64,000 bases of DNA from Octopus vulgaris (Eukaryota): NCBI GenBank assembly GCA_951406725.2, contig OX597832.1, positions 39,122,001-39,186,000 of the forward strand, read 5' to 3'. Within the stretch, counting starts at the first letter, position 1. Each line of letters begins with the position of its first letter. The notes under the pieces were generated by a model. It saw only the letters and a list, made by a program, of their open reading frames with translations. It made no database searches and was not told the origin of the DNA. Below, one piece after another: positions 45,170 through 59,429 of this stretch. A program made the position numbers and the translations under genes.

Positions 45170-45330
45170 TTTTCTCTTCCCGTTTATTTTTTCTTTTTCT
45201 TTTTTTTTTTTTTTTGTCTTGTCCGTTGTTTTCGTTCCTCAATACTTTCTGTCAAAGAACGTCGGCTCTGAACGTCAGAGTCCTTTCCATTTTTCCTGAC
45301 CGTCAAATTATTAGTTTGTTCTTCTTTCAC
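45170..45330 (+). mobile_element. Family G diverged copy (decayed hammerhead-like motif 45245-45280)
   Basis: CTTT-CTGTCAA-A-GAAC GTCG GCTC-TGAA-CG-TC-AGAG. Confidence 0.55.
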
Positions 45331-45372
45331 CTATCTCGGTCATCTGCATTTTTGTGTTTTCTATATTTGAAC

Positions 45373-45404
<32 letters not shown>

Positions 45405-45629
45405 AACAAGCAAACACACACAAATACACACACACATATGTACATACACATATGCCCATACTGAAACAATTTTATGTAAATACATACACACACTCCACAC
45501 CAACTACACGCGCACACACTCACTCGTACATAATCTCTCTCTCTCTATCACAAACACACATATGCACATATATATATACGTGTGTATGCAAGCATTCAGA
45601 CACAAATGAGATACATTTCTTTTATACTT

Positions 45630-45860
45630 ATTTCTTTATTACCCACAAAGGGCTAAACATAGAGGGGACAAACAAGGACAGACATAGGTATTAAGTCGAT
45701 TACATCGACCCCAGTGCGTAACTGGTACTTAATTTATCGACCCCGAAAGGATGAAAGGCAAAGTCAACCTCGGCGGAATTTGAACTCAGAACGTAACGGC
45801 AGACGAAATACCGCTAAGCATTTCGCCCGGCGTGCTAACGTTTCTGCCAGCTCGTCGCCT
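45630..45860 (-). mobile_element. SINE family 1, full length
   Basis: Highly similar to 44338-44567. Confidence 0.95.
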
Positions 45861-47523
45861 TCGATTTTATACTGATTTCTTTTATACGGATGTAACTCTT
45901 TCGTTCCAGATCAACCCTGGTGCAGAACGTATTACAATCGTGATCCACCACTTTTGTTTAGACAAAATATACCTATCTCTACACTAACAAATGCGACCTT
46001 TTTTTAAGGCAGCAAAATGTGATTAAAGGGACACCATACTGTTATTTCTAACAGAACGAGTTACATCACAAAGGACTCCCTATTCGGGTCGTACATTTTT
46101 GTCTCTTATAATACACTAATTTATTATAACATTCATTAAACTGATTTTTTACCTTAACTAGCTGAATCGTCCATACATTTTTCAGTCGTTCCTTAGCAGA
46201 GCTATAGATTTATTTTGTGGTGGTTATGGCTAACTTAACAGGTTTCAACGCCAATATATATATATACTTGTCTATATATTTGCATTGATAGTTATTTGTT
46301 AAGCTCTTCGAGTAACAATGGCGCTAGTCCTCTATTGAGGATACCCAGTGAAACGTTAAACCTCCACAGACTTATCGACCGAACTTGCCAGAGGAATTAA
46401 AAAGAAACATTAATCGTCAACAAATATTTCTATTTTCTCTCTCACAACGTGATCCAAATTTAGATTATCCGAAGTTCCATGAAATATTCTTTCATCCATT
46501 GTCTGTCAGAAAATTCTAGTCAATTTCTACGTCCTTCGATTTATAAACCAACGACTACCTCTCTGTAGGGAATCTAAACTCTAACATGAACCAGCTGAGC
46601 ATCCCAATACCTTGCATGCTCGAACGATTCAGTACAGAATGCACACGTGTATCTTCAGACTGGAAGCATGACCCAAATGCTTAGGCCGCCACTAAAGACA
46701 TCATAAAGACAGATGAGGTTTTAAAAGAAGCGATAAGTGGCTCAATATTACTGTGAGTCAATATTACTGACAAAGATTGCGTTCATTTGAGGTTATGATA
46801 GAATATACTTGCACAATGGATTAGAAGATCTTGCTACATAGTTGGAGAGCGATTATCTTAATCTCTCATGGACAGAAACTTTCTGTTTCTATACCACTCT
46901 TCCTCGTAACTGTGAGATAAACATTCTCTTATATATTTTAATTGCTTCAGTCATTAGACAGCTGCCATGCTGAAGCCCTGCCATGAGGAACTTAATCGAC
47001 CTCAATATTTGGGGTTTTTTATAAAGGTCTTGTACATATCATGTCGGTCATTTTTGCTCGAACAGCTGTATTTCGAGTACGTGAACAAACCGACACCAAT
47101 TATCAAGCGTTGGTAGGGAAAAACACAAACACGTACACATAGCATATACACTCCCAAGCACACACACATACACACACACGCACGAACGCACGCACACATA
47201 CACACACGCGCGCGGCGGGCTGTCACACCCACAGTCTACCATATTCACTCGCAAGGCATTGGTCGGCCCGAGGATATAGTAGAAAACTTTTGCCCGAGGT
47301 GCTCTGCGGTGGGAACTGAACCCGAAACCACATGGTTGCAAAGCGAGCTTCGTAGCCATACCACCATGGTTGCACCCATAAATATTTCCTATTTCCAGCT
47401 CGCCGGGATCTCTTAATATTGACTTTACTTTTACAGTTAAAATTGAAGTAAACCCTTTTCCAGCATATTATGGATGTATTGTTTGTATCTTACTCTGTGT
47501 AACACGTTTAAAGGTATCGACGA

Positions 47524-47730
47524 TCAGGTAGAAACGTTAGCACACCGAGCGAAATGCTCAGCGGTATTTCGTCTGCCGTTACGTTCTGAGTTCAAATTCC
47601 GCCTCTCATCCTTACGGGGTTGATAAATTAAGTACCAGTTACGCACTGTAATCTATATAATCGACTTAATCCGTCTGTCCGTCCTTGTTTGTCTCCTCTG
47701 TATTTATACCCTTGTGGGTAGTAACGAAAT
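47524..47730 (+). mobile_element. SINE family 1 copy with 12-bp TSD
   Basis: TSD AGGTATCGACGA at 47512-47523 and 47731-47742. Confidence 0.9.
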
Positions 47731-49003
47731 AGGTATCGACGACCTTAGACTTCCATATCAATATCTGAAGGTCCCTAGTTTTCTAAGGGAAAAACACAAC
47801 GGTGGTTTTCAGTTGCTTTCTACCGTTTTATTTACTCTTCACTCTTGCTAATCACTTTCAAATCGGTTAAGTACTCTAAGCGACATCAGGGCATGATCCA
47901 ATTGCATTTGGCCTGAGTTACACATGTCTAAGGGCAAGTAGTCTCCTCCCAGTTCTCTCATCTTTTGCTATTTGACTCATAGCCGGGGCTCTTGACAAGT
48001 ACTACCATCGGAAGAGGGAGTAGAGGTACCGAGTTCAGTTCCATTACCTGGCTCTTGGGTGTCTTAATTTGAATTCCCTCAGTTGGAAGCATTTGAACCA
48101 TACCTCCATATCTCTGTTTAAACCATATCTTCCTCTCTCTTTCGTGCCATTGATGGAGGACGTGCGGTAAACATTCATGGGGGCGACCCGTCCTAATCTA
48201 ACTGAACTATTAAAAATAAAGAACAGACAAATGTGAATGTGTCTCAAAACCGGATTATTGTATGGGCATATATGATCGCTGCTCGGCTCTACTGTAATAT
48301 TAAGAACCATGAGATTCATTTTCAGAACTAAAAAAAAAAAAAAAAGGGTCGTATTTTTCTTGATGTAGTGAGTTTACGCGACATCGCGTGTCCTGAAAAC
48401 ATAACACTTACAACAACAGACAATAACAACAACAGCATCAGTAGCAGCATCAGCAACAACAACAACAACAACATCGAAGTCGTAACGCTTATGCCTTCGA
48501 AAATGCCGTTTAGCTGACAGAGAATCGGTAATCCTCTTGTGTTTTATCGTTTAGCTTAATACTTGAGAATGTGAATAATTAAGCCTTACTATACACTTTT
48601 ATCGAATAATGCTTGAGGAAGGCCTCCATTTTTCGTGATATAATGACATAATATTCGTGAACTAAGAGTAATATTGAACGGACGATGGTTTCAGAATATT
48701 CTAGAAACCATCTATAAATAACCAACACAACTCCGTAAACAATTAAATTAGTTTTGCAATTATATATACGGAATTGTCTTCCGCTTTCGAACTGTTCGCT
48801 GTTACATAATCCCAGAGGATGTTAAAAACACGAAGGAAATGAATTATTTAATAATAAATCTATGGGCCTAAGTGGGCGAGTTTATTTTTATGTTTTAAGA
48901 TGATGCAGAACATCACAAAGGTTGTCAGCTTTATTTAACCACGACAAGTCATCGTAACCATCACCGCGGTAGCACCAGTTACGCTAGTCATCACAACAAA
49001 CAA

Positions 49004-49370
49004 CGTGGAGGCGCAATGGCCCAGCGGTTAGGGCTGCGGACTCGCGGTCGGAGGATCGCGGTTTCGATTCCCAGACCGGGCGTTGTGTGTGTTTATTGAG
49101 CGAAAGCTCCTAAAGCTCCACGAGGCTCCGGCAGAGGGTGGTGGCGACCCTTGTTGTACTCTTACTCTTTCTTCCTGTTTCTTGTCCTCGACTTCCTACG
49201 CAACCGCTGAGCCTGGATGCGCATTCATCCATTCGTCGATGCTCTCGGTGTCGGGGGTTGACCTGCTTTCTCTTCTGCGGTTCTTACGAATAGCAAAGGA
49301 CCTCGTTTCGTATTTCTCCCACTACAAAGGCGCGATCTTGCGAGCTCTGGGACGAAGACCGCTTCGCTCA
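49004..49370 (+). mobile_element. SINE family 3 head with an alternative 3' body
   Basis: 49004-49170 matches the 57015 head (TGGCCCAGCGGTTAGG A box, GTTTCGATTCC B box). The downstream sequence differs and the 3' end is uncertain. Confidence 0.75.
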
Positions 49371-50201
49371 ACAGCAACAATATACGTTTCTCTCTAATCT
49401 GCCATTACTATCGGAACAACCACCACCACAAGTATTATCACAACTATGATCCTCCTTTTCATCATCGCCATCATAATCATCGTCAATTTCATCATCAGTC
49501 TATCGGATGAATATTACTAACACCACTGCAACGAACGCAACCACCAACACTACAACCACCACTACTATCATCGCTACCACCACCATTACCACATATATCA
49601 CTGTTACTATGATCCTCCTGTTCAACATAGTCATCATAATCATTATCAGCATCATCAGCATCCTATCCACCACTGAAATTAACCGGGGGTTAAACTGCAA
49701 TCAGCACAACAGATACCAGACAAAACACACTACTAGCACCACTAACACCACCACAAACACCACCAGTGTCACTACCAACACCACTACTAATATTATCAGG
49801 GGTATAACCACTAACATCACCACATCTACCACCCTCCATACAATCACCAGAACCAAAACTATCACAAACATTATTACTGCTACTACCATCACCACCACCA
49901 CCACCACTACCGCTACCAACACTACCACCAGCACGACAACCACCATCAACACCATTCTTGCAACCACTATTATAAAGAATGTATTATTGCGTTCTATTCA
50001 TTTTCGTTAATTAATAAAAACCAATTAATGTCTTTCCTGGATGGAAGTAACTCTATAATGAATAACCAATATTTTTATATGTATATTGTTGCATCTTAAT
50101 ATAATTAAATATTTTTACCATATACACGCACATCTCTGTTTACTCAGCGGTTATATTGTATTCATATACACCCTCATCATGTATACATATCGGTAGTTAC
50201 A

Positions 50202-50315
<114 letters not shown>

Positions 50316-51009
50316 GAGAGAGAGAGAGAGGCGGGGTACCATGTTCAACTGAAAGAGTTTATGTAGGAGAATGTAAGTGTGCGCATGCAGTATACAAACA
50401 TAGTTATATATACATATATGTGTGTGTATGCGTGTGGGGGATGTATGTGTGTGTATATGTGTGTATGTGTGTGTTTGTGTATGTGTGTATGTGTGTGTGT
50501 GGGGGGGTGTATCTATGTTTGCATGGATGTATAAATTATATATGTCTATAAATTATATATGTCCGTTTCATCAACCAAATCCACCCACAAGGCTTTGGTC
50601 TACCCGAGGACAACAAAACATCCAGATAGGCGATACAAAGGAAACAAGGACGGACCATTCGAAGCTTTCTATCTTCAGTCAAGAGCCAGGTTATCCTCGC
50701 AATAGAAATTTGGTAGCCAGAAAAAACGTGACTAATACTGTCGAATGGATGGAGCTTATGATTCAAACAGCAATATTGCCTCCCTGTATCTCGTCGATTC
50801 TATATAAAGATTATCTTAACCACATACATGTACAATGCTCACCCATTTATATTATGATTCAAAGATTGAGCTGCCACTTAACAGGAAAAAATTGTATACG
50901 CATCGTCGAAACCGACGGAAGACACGTGTTTTGTTTAATACTGAAACAGAGGTGCACACCCACACATACATATATGTATGTTTGTGTGTCTGTGTGTATG
51001 CGTGTATGT

Positions 51010-51450
51010 ATTTATGTATGCATGCATGTATGTATGTATGTATGTATGTATGTATGTATGTATGTATGTATGTATGTATGTATAAAAGTATGTATGTATG
51101 TATTGTGTATGTATGTGTGTATGTATGTATGTATGTATAGATGTATGTATGTGTGTATGTATGTATTGTGTATGTGTGTATATATGCATGTATGTATGTA
51201 TGTATGTATGTGTGTATGTATGTATGAATGTATGTATGTATGTGTGTATGTATGTATGTATTGTGTATGTATGTATGTATGTATGCATGTATGTATGTAT
51301 GTATGTGTGTATGTATGTATGTATGTATGTATATATGTATGTATGCATGTATGTATGCATGTATGTATGTATGTATGTATGTATGTATGTATGTATGTAT
51401 GTATGTATGTATGTATGTATGCATGTATGTATGTGTGCATGTGTGTATGG
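51010..51450. repeat. Degenerate (TATG)n array
   Basis: Directly visible. Confidence 0.95.
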
Positions 51451-51810
51451 ATGGATGTCATACAAGTACAGAAGCACATGCAATCCTCCGTTTTAATACT
51501 AAACAAAATATATTGAAGATATTGATACACAGCCAAAAGCCATCAATCAAATCTAATATCGAGCATTCATTCGATGAAGCCTACCCACAGCTTCGTAAAG
51601 GGGGGGGGGCGCGGGCGGGTGGATCTTATTCGATAAATCTGGTGTCCGTTAAAGAATGTATAAACATGTAGCAAAAAAGGATGAAGGAATTAAATAGATG
51701 CGCAAGTGAATAAACTGAAGTATTGGATGGAGAACGGAGGAGAGTAAAGATGAGGGAGGGGAGAGAGAGAGGAGGCTGGAAAATAGACAGAGTAAAAGTA
51801 TGTGGGGTTG

Positions 51811-52437
51811 GAAGAAGGAGGAGGAGAAGAAGAAGAAGAAGAAGAAGAAGAAGAAGAAGAAGAAGAAGAAGAAGAAGAAGAAGAAGAAGAAGAAGAAGAA
51901 GAAGAAGAAGAAAGAGAAGAAAAAGAAGAAGAAAAAGAAGAAGAGAAGAAGAAGAAGAGAGAAGAAGAAGAAGAAGAAGAAGAAGAAGAAGAGAAGAAGA
52001 AGAAGAAGAAAAAGAAGAAGAAGAAGAAGAAGAAAAAGAAGAAAAAAGAAGAAGAAGAAGAAGAAAAAGAAGAAGAAGAAGAAGAAGAAGAAGAAGAAGA
52101 AGAAGAGAAGAAGAAGAAAGAGAAAAAGAAGAAGAAGAAGAAGAAGAAGAAGAAGAAAAAGAAGAAGAAAGAGAAGAAGAAGAAGAAGAAGAAGAAGAAG
52201 AAGAAGAAGAAGAAGAAGAAGAAGAAGAAGAAGAAGAAGAAGAAGAAGAAGAAGAAGAAGAAGAAGAAGAAGAAGAAGAAGAGAAGAAGAAGAAGAAGAA
52301 GAAGAAGAAGAAGAAGAAGAAGAGAAGAAGAAGAGAAGAAGAAGAAGAAGAAGAAGAAGAAGAAGAAGAAGAAGAAGAAGAAGAAGAAGAAGAAGAAGAA
52401 GAAGAAGAAGAAGAAGAAGAAGAAGAAGAAGAAGAAG

Positions 52438-52471
<34 letters not shown>

Positions 52472-52478
52472 GCAGCAG
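51811..52478. repeat. Long (GAA)n polypurine tract ending in (CAA)n/(CAG)n
   Basis: Directly visible. Confidence 0.95.
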
Positions 52479-53897
52479 ATGCACGCTGGGCATCGGCAGA
52501 TTAAAATAAAACGAGAGAAACATACGGAAAGGAAGGAAAGTGAAAAACAATAATAATAAATAGAATGGAGAGGGAAACTTCAAAAAAGACGCGGATCGGT
52601 TCTGAAAATGCGTTTCAAATAAAGTATAATGGATAAGATGTATATAAATATCAATCCACGTGTGTATATACGCACACACACATACGAACAGAAATACAAT
52701 AATATATACACACACCCACTCATCTCACACATATATATATACACATCTCATTTATGAACACATGCATAGACACTCGAATGCATATATAATACCTCAGAAA
52801 TATTTATGCTCAGACCCTGAAGTACATAGATGCAAATATAAAGGCTGAGTACACCGTGCCATTGGATATTCACACAAACCTAGATGTAAATAGCCACTGC
52901 AAAACTTATATAGATAAAGCAGACATATTAATACATATATACCAGAAAACACACAGATATTTAGTGCTTTAAGTTCTCCACTTGGCGAAGAAATATTTGC
53001 TATAAGTCTGTCGATGTAACGGAAGATGGAAAAACTATGGAGTCTTGTATACAACACATATCAAAAGTTATCTGAAATAAATTTATTGGAAATATATATT
53101 AAATGAAATCTAGAACGAAAGTGGAGAATTACTAAATCGTGACCAAGGTGATATAATGAAAACGACCGACACACAATTTTAAGGAACTGTACACGAAAAA
53201 CAACCCCAGGAGTAGAAAGGTTTGAAAAATTTGTAGAATTCTGGGAAAAAAAAAAAAGAGAAATGACAAATTCGTTTGCAAGACTACATAATGTGTGTTT
53301 TATATTTGTATTTTAGAAGATAGTAACAAATATTTTAGCATAATAATCGGTTGAAATTTTGAGCATTCAAAATCTTCCATTACACTCCATTTCACAGCAG
53401 CAGTTCCCGAAAAAGTCCAAAGTATATAGTCTATCAGGCGCTAAAAGATTAGAAACCAAAAATCTTGATGAAGCTCTACAAAAAGTAATAATTCCGTTTC
53501 CTTGTACAAAAGAAGTTCATTACCAAAAAAAAAATAAGAAGAATGAAGAATTTCCCGTTCAAAACACAACAGGTATGCAGTTGAAGTCCCGTAAGAGCTG
53601 TGTTTATTTATATTAATCATATCTTCTAAAATAGACAAGAGTAGCTTGAAGCTATCTACCGAATTGCTTTATGATTCTTTCAAAAATCTTATTCCTCAAG
53701 ATCTAAACATATTTAGACGCACTTGTGGAGATCCTTTTTGCCAGATACTCAAAGAGAAATCCATATGCATGTACATTTGTATATCAAATTTATTTTCCAT
53801 CAGTATATAATACATATCTTTATATCATTCACAGTGATAATGTGAAATGGAAGTTAATCAAATAGATAGACAGACAAATAGATAGATAGATAGATAT

Positions 53898-53934
<37 letters not shown>

Positions 53935-53941
53935 CAGACAA

Positions 53942-54076
<135 letters not shown>

Positions 54077-54231
54077 TGTTTCTTTATTAGCCACACAGGG
54101 CTGCACACAGATAGAACAAATTACAAGGTAGAGCTTTTCTTTTGAAGGTTTAAAAAAGAAAGAAAAAAAAGGAAGGGGAGTTTCGATCAAAAGGGATCGT
54201 AAAAGGAGAGAAAGAGGACAAAAAAAGGGGG
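54077..54231 (-). mobile_element. Short 5'-truncated retroelement 3' end (probable LINE 3' UTR) with a (TATC)n tail
   Basis: Minus strand ends CTGTGTGCAGCCCTGTGTGGCTAATAAAGAAA. Direct repeat GTTAATCAAATAGATAGACAGACA at 53853 and 54232. Confidence 0.7.
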
Positions 54232-54254
54232 GTTAATCAAATAGATAGACAGAC

Positions 54255-54335
<81 letters not shown>

Positions 54336-54738
54336 CTAGAAAACTCCACTATCAAAAAGTAGAGAAATGTACTCATGGTCTTTAAACTCTCAGTATGCAA
54401 TAGCAATCCAGTTAAATTGTCCGGGCGAACTGCCTGGTGGTATGGGCGGCTACGAATATGCAGCGTGAGGCAGTAGACCAAGCACTCTGATATACATGAC
54501 ATGTTATTGTTAACAGGGTTGTGGAATGTAAAGAACGGCGTAGTTAGGAGATGAAATGTGTTAGGGACAGACAGAAAGGGAGTCCACAAGGTGTACCTTA
54601 AAACTCTACTGGCTTTGACTGATATGCTTGTTAGTCGTTTTATGTATGTATGTATATATATATGCATATATGTGCGTGTGCTTTTGCGCATGTGCCTGAA
54701 TGGATACATACACAAACACATACACACACATACATACA

Positions 54739-54772
<34 letters not shown>

Positions 54773-54808
54773 CATACATACACACACACATGTATACATA
54801 TACACACA

Positions 54809-54880
<72 letters not shown>

Positions 54881-55026
54881 AGGCTTCTTTCAGTCCACCA
54901 AATACACTCAGAAGTCTTTGGTCGGCCCCAGACTATAGCAGAAGACACTTGACCAAGGAGTCACGCAGTGGAACTGAACCCAGAACCATGTGATTGAGTA
55001 AGAAGCTCCTCACCACACATCCACGG

Positions 55027-55093
<67 letters not shown>

Positions 55094-56304
55094 CTTTAAA
55101 CTTGGATATTTCTTAATAATTAAATGAATATATAAATTAATAAAGATTTAATAATTATAGTAATATAAATTAATTTAACTATATTGTGTATATTTTACGC
55201 ATTATAATTTTAATTATTTGGATTTTAACTTCTCCAGTAAATAGTAATTTATAGTTTTGTTCTTTCTCTTAAACTCTGATTCTAGAAGCTTAAATATATT
55301 TCGCCATTTTCATTAATACAATACCTACTTCTATATATTTATTCTATATTCTTCACGAGTTAAATTTCTTATAAACGCTAAGGCCTACGTTTTTACGTTT
55401 AAAATTCACTTAATATCTTTACTTCGATAAGTAATAAATTTTTATAAAAATATTATTGAATTTTGAATTGAATTTTGTTTGATTATTATTGTAAAAATAT
55501 TAATTTCTATATTGTCATTTGATAATTATTAGTTAAGATACGTATATTTATTTACTTGATTTTATTAGGAATTTCAAGTGTTTCGGGACCTGCTACCACA
55601 ACAGCTCCTTTATAGGATCCAATTAGCTCAAGACATCATCATCGTGAAATAGTTTTGTAAGACAAAATCTTATCTAATATGTAGGAATTTTATTTGTTAT
55701 GTAATATTGCATTTAAGTTAATACTTTTAATAATAATTGAAACTTTGATTAATTCTATAAGTGAATGTAATATTAATTCTCTATATAAATTAATTATATA
55801 GTAATTTTAACTAATTTGTGTGTATATATTTGAACCATTTTTCTATTTTTAATTCTTGTAATCATAGTTTGTAGTAGTAGTATGAATATAAGTTAGCATG
55901 AAGTTTTTTAGTATATATTACTTAATTAGAATAAGATTTAACTTAGATGTTTATTAAATAAATAAATAAATAATTTAATGTATATAGATTAATTTAAATA
56001 CATAATGTACATTATGTATTATATATATATATATTGTTTTAAATATTTTATTTTAATTACTTGTATTTGAATTTTCCAGTAATGATATACTATAGTATAT
56101 ATATATACAGGGGTACAAAGAAAAGTGAACAGCACAAGTCCAGTGCCAATTCGTTGCTTTCAGTCCCAGCAGGCCAACAGTAACCGGCCTGCGGCGGAGC
56201 CTTCCCAGCATGCATCGGATTGATCGTTCACTGCTGAACAGACCGTGCTCCGTCTTCTTCTATAATGTGGTGTCCTTTCTCATCGTCGACAACAACAGAC
56301 GAAC

Positions 56305-56370
<66 letters not shown>

Positions 56371-56382
56371 TAATAATAACAT

Positions 56383-56473
56383 GAACTTCCAACGTGTTTT
56401 CTCTTGGGGTCTCTGGGTGAGACTTGGAGCCAGCTTGTGCAAATGTAAAACAAAAGTCAAACATAGAATAATA

Positions 56474-56476
<3 letters not shown>
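56383..56476 (+). mobile_element. R4/Dong-type 3' UTR fragment within (TAA)n
   Basis: Matches 34012-34100 (GGTCTCTGGGTGAGACTTGGAGCCA...AAAAGTCAAACATAGAATAATAAT). Confidence 0.85.
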
Positions 56477-56536
<60 letters not shown>

Positions 56537-57014
56537 TAGATATAGATGTAGAGAGAGAGAGAGAAGCTGAGAGAGAGGAGTGGGAAAGTGAGAGAGAGGA
56601 GAGCGAAATAGCTACCTAAATACGCATACACACACAAACACACATCCATATACGTATGTATTTGCATATGTGTGTGTGTATATAAGTATTTTTCGTTAAT
56701 GGTTAATCTTTCAGACACAAATCCGATGCCAAAATATCCCGTTAATTATTAAAGACCGAATTTAATTCCCTCTCAGCTGAAGGCAATTTAAATTGATGGA
56801 TTAAATCTGATGTGCCATATTATTAATATTGAGAAGAGAGTAGTTTTAATGCCTTCATGTGCGAAGAGGATTTGGACGGCTTCATTTGTAACTCTAGTGT
56901 AATTTTTAATTTTCTTGTTGTTATTGATGATGGTGGTGTTTAACCCTAAGTAAGCCTGACTGAACAGAACAACATTCCAGCCATGATCATTCCGTCCATT
57001 TATAATATCTATAG

Positions 57015-57395
57015 CGTGGAGGCGCAATGGCCCAGTGGTTAGGGCAGCGGACTCGCGGTCATAGGATCGCGGTTTCGATTCCCAGACCGGGCGTTTATTG
57101 AGCGAAAACACCTAAAGCTCCACGAGGCTCCGGCAGGGGATGGTGATGATCCCTGCTGTACTCTTTCACCACAACTTTCTCTCACTCTTACTTCCTGTTT
57201 CTGTTGTACCTGTATTTCAAAGGGCCGGCCTTGTTACTCTCTGTGTCACGCTGAATATCCTCGAGAACTACGTTAAGGGTACACGTGTCTGTGGAGTGCT
57301 CAGCCACTTACACGTTAATTTCACGAGCAGGCTGTTCCGTTGATTCGAATCAACCGGAACCCTCGTCGTCGTAACCGACGGAGTGCTTCCAATCC
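57015..57395 (+). mobile_element. tRNA-derived SINE family 3, full length, 11-bp TSD
   Basis: tRNA-like head with A and B boxes. TSD AATATCTATAG at 57004-57014 and 57396-57406. Confidence 0.92.
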
Positions 57396-58604
57396 AATAT
57401 CTATAGTTAGGTCGAAGTACGGTGCGGAAGTTCTCTCGTTAGCCCTTGGTAATGTTTAGAAATGCTAGTAAGGAAACAAGTTATACTATCTGTAATCCAG
57501 TTTCGACAATAAATTGAAATTTTTTTCACTTTTTACAAAATTTTCCTTCGGTAACCATCGCGAATTAACACCGAGTAGAGGTTACTTCGTCAAAGTTGGT
57601 TTCCTTCCTAAATCTCTCAAAACTTTCGAAGTTAAAAATAGCTTTTCAAACATATGTGTTTTGTTCTTTTTCCGCTTTATTTTTAAGTTACAAATTTAAC
57701 GGTTTTGTACCAAAAGAAATTGTGATTATAAACTCAGCGTACTTTCAGAGATAGCACTGAAAAAGAATCCCACTACAAAATTCTTTGAAGTAGTTAAATC
57801 GATAACCAAAATTTAACCCTGATGTCGAAAATGGCATTACTTGATTCTCAGAGTAGGGGATAAAAGGTGACATCTTTTCGAATCTGGTCTCAAGCACTAC
57901 GCTTTCTTCAATACCAAGTCACTTAGTGCTGGCTAACATCACGTGGCTTCATAATTTTCTTTTCTTTTTGTTGGTCCAATAAAACCTAGAATTTGTATTA
58001 CCCTGGTACTTATTTTATTCTTTCCTATTTGTTCATTGGCTACATTTTCTTTTTGACACAACATTGGTTCTTCGACCGATAAACATACACGCAGATACGG
58101 GCACACATATACGTGAGGGCTTCCCACAGTTTCTATCAGCCAAATTCAACTCACAAGGTGTTTCGACGAAGGGCATTCACGCGATCGATCTACTAAAACT
58201 AATCACTCGATTGTAAGTGGTTGTATATCCCACAAACACGTGTACCCTTAATGTAATTCTCAGGCCTAATCAGCACATTACAATATGGCAAGGCTGAGCT
58301 TATGAATTACAAATATAGAGAGAAAGAAAGAGGGGGGAATGGAGATAGAGAGAGGAAGTATTTGACCCACAACACAGAACTGGTACCAAATAATCGGCTC
58401 TGAAGCAATGAAAACCAAAGCTGACCTTATAATATCACAATATTTTTTTATATGATGCTCCAACGAATTTGCCGATTTGTAGCTTTCTACGTTTTATAAA
58501 ACACAATCCAGAGACAAAACCCATAGTCATTCAACGTATGAGAAATAGATAGATTTCACTCAAACTGCAGCATACTGTTTTGGAAGGAGACTTTATACTA
58601 TATA

Positions 58605-58947
58605 GGCGCAGGAGTGGCTGTGTGGTAAGTAGCTTGTTTACCACCCACATGGTTCCGGGTTCAGTCCCACTGCGTGGCACTTTGGGCAAGTGTCTTCTAC
58701 TATAGCCGCGGGTTGACCAATATGCGTGTGTGTGTTTGTGTGTCTGTGTTTGTCCCCCTAGCATTGCTTGACAACCGATGCTGGTGTGTTTATGTACCCG
58801 TTACTTAGCAGTTCGGCAAAAGAGACCGATAGAATAAGTACTGGGCTTACAAAAGAATAAATCCCAGGGTCGAGTTGCTCGATTAAAAAGGTGGTGCTCC
58901 AGCATGGCCGCAGTCAAATAACTGAAACAAGTAAAAGAGTAAAAGAG
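58605..58947 (+). mobile_element. SINE family 2, both ends intact
   Basis: Head GGCGCAGGAGTGGCTGTGTGG, GGTTCAGTCCC B-box-like, CORE-like TTGGGCAAGTGTCTT, tail (GTAAAAGA)n. Confidence 0.9.
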
Positions 58948-59174
58948 TATATAGTTATACGTGCTTGTAAAAGGACGAGATGGCCATTGCGAGAAGTTTG
59001 TTGACCATTAGTTTTATGGCTCACGTTTTAATCTATTGGTGCCAAACAAGAGCATCTACAGCTGTCCAGAGATCATCTTAAATCCTATTACGTAATTCCT
59101 CTCTGAAACGTCTGTCGAATAATTCATTTGAACCGCGTCAACTCTGAGTCGCCTCCCGGTTCGATCGTTTACCT

Positions 59175-59429
59175 TTGAAGAAGCTCTACCTGCGACGATT
59201 TCATCTCAATCGAAGGAGAGGAGCTTTCTCCGTCCGGGTTGCGGATCCGTGGAACAAGCTGCCAGACGAGATGGTAAAGATGCCGACGACCGCTTTGTTC
59301 AAAGCCTCCCTGGACCTCAAGTGGCCTGAACTCTTTACATGAACACCACCCTGTACTTAACTCCATGTCCCCCTACATGGCCTTGCTATTTGCTTTTGAG
59401 CCAAATTAACTAACTAACTAACTAACTAA
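59175..59429 (+). mobile_element. CR1-type LINE 3' end, 5'-truncated
   Basis: Open frame LKKLYLRRFHLNRRRGAFSVRVADPWNKLPDEMVKMPTTALFKASLDLKWPELFT* (FS.RV...WN.LP...FK..LD motif), short 3' UTR and (TAAC)n tail. Confidence 0.88.

Noticed and set aside
49507-50010. Thr-rich mucin-like ORF
   Set aside because: Degenerate (ACC)/(ATC)/(ACT) repeat, open on both strands, with no other gene evidence. The same applies to 32699-33463.
52790-53800. Decayed LINE ORF2 or C2H2 zinc-finger remnant
   Set aside because: Only short chance-level resemblances that require frameshifts.
55570-55650. Hammerhead-like ATTTCA...GAAAC...TGAAAT on the minus strand
   Set aside because: The core lacks U4, and there is no stem II or valid cleavage triplet.
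57020-57092. tRNA gene
   Set aside because: The tRNA-like head continues into a SINE body with a TSD. The same head occurs at 49009.
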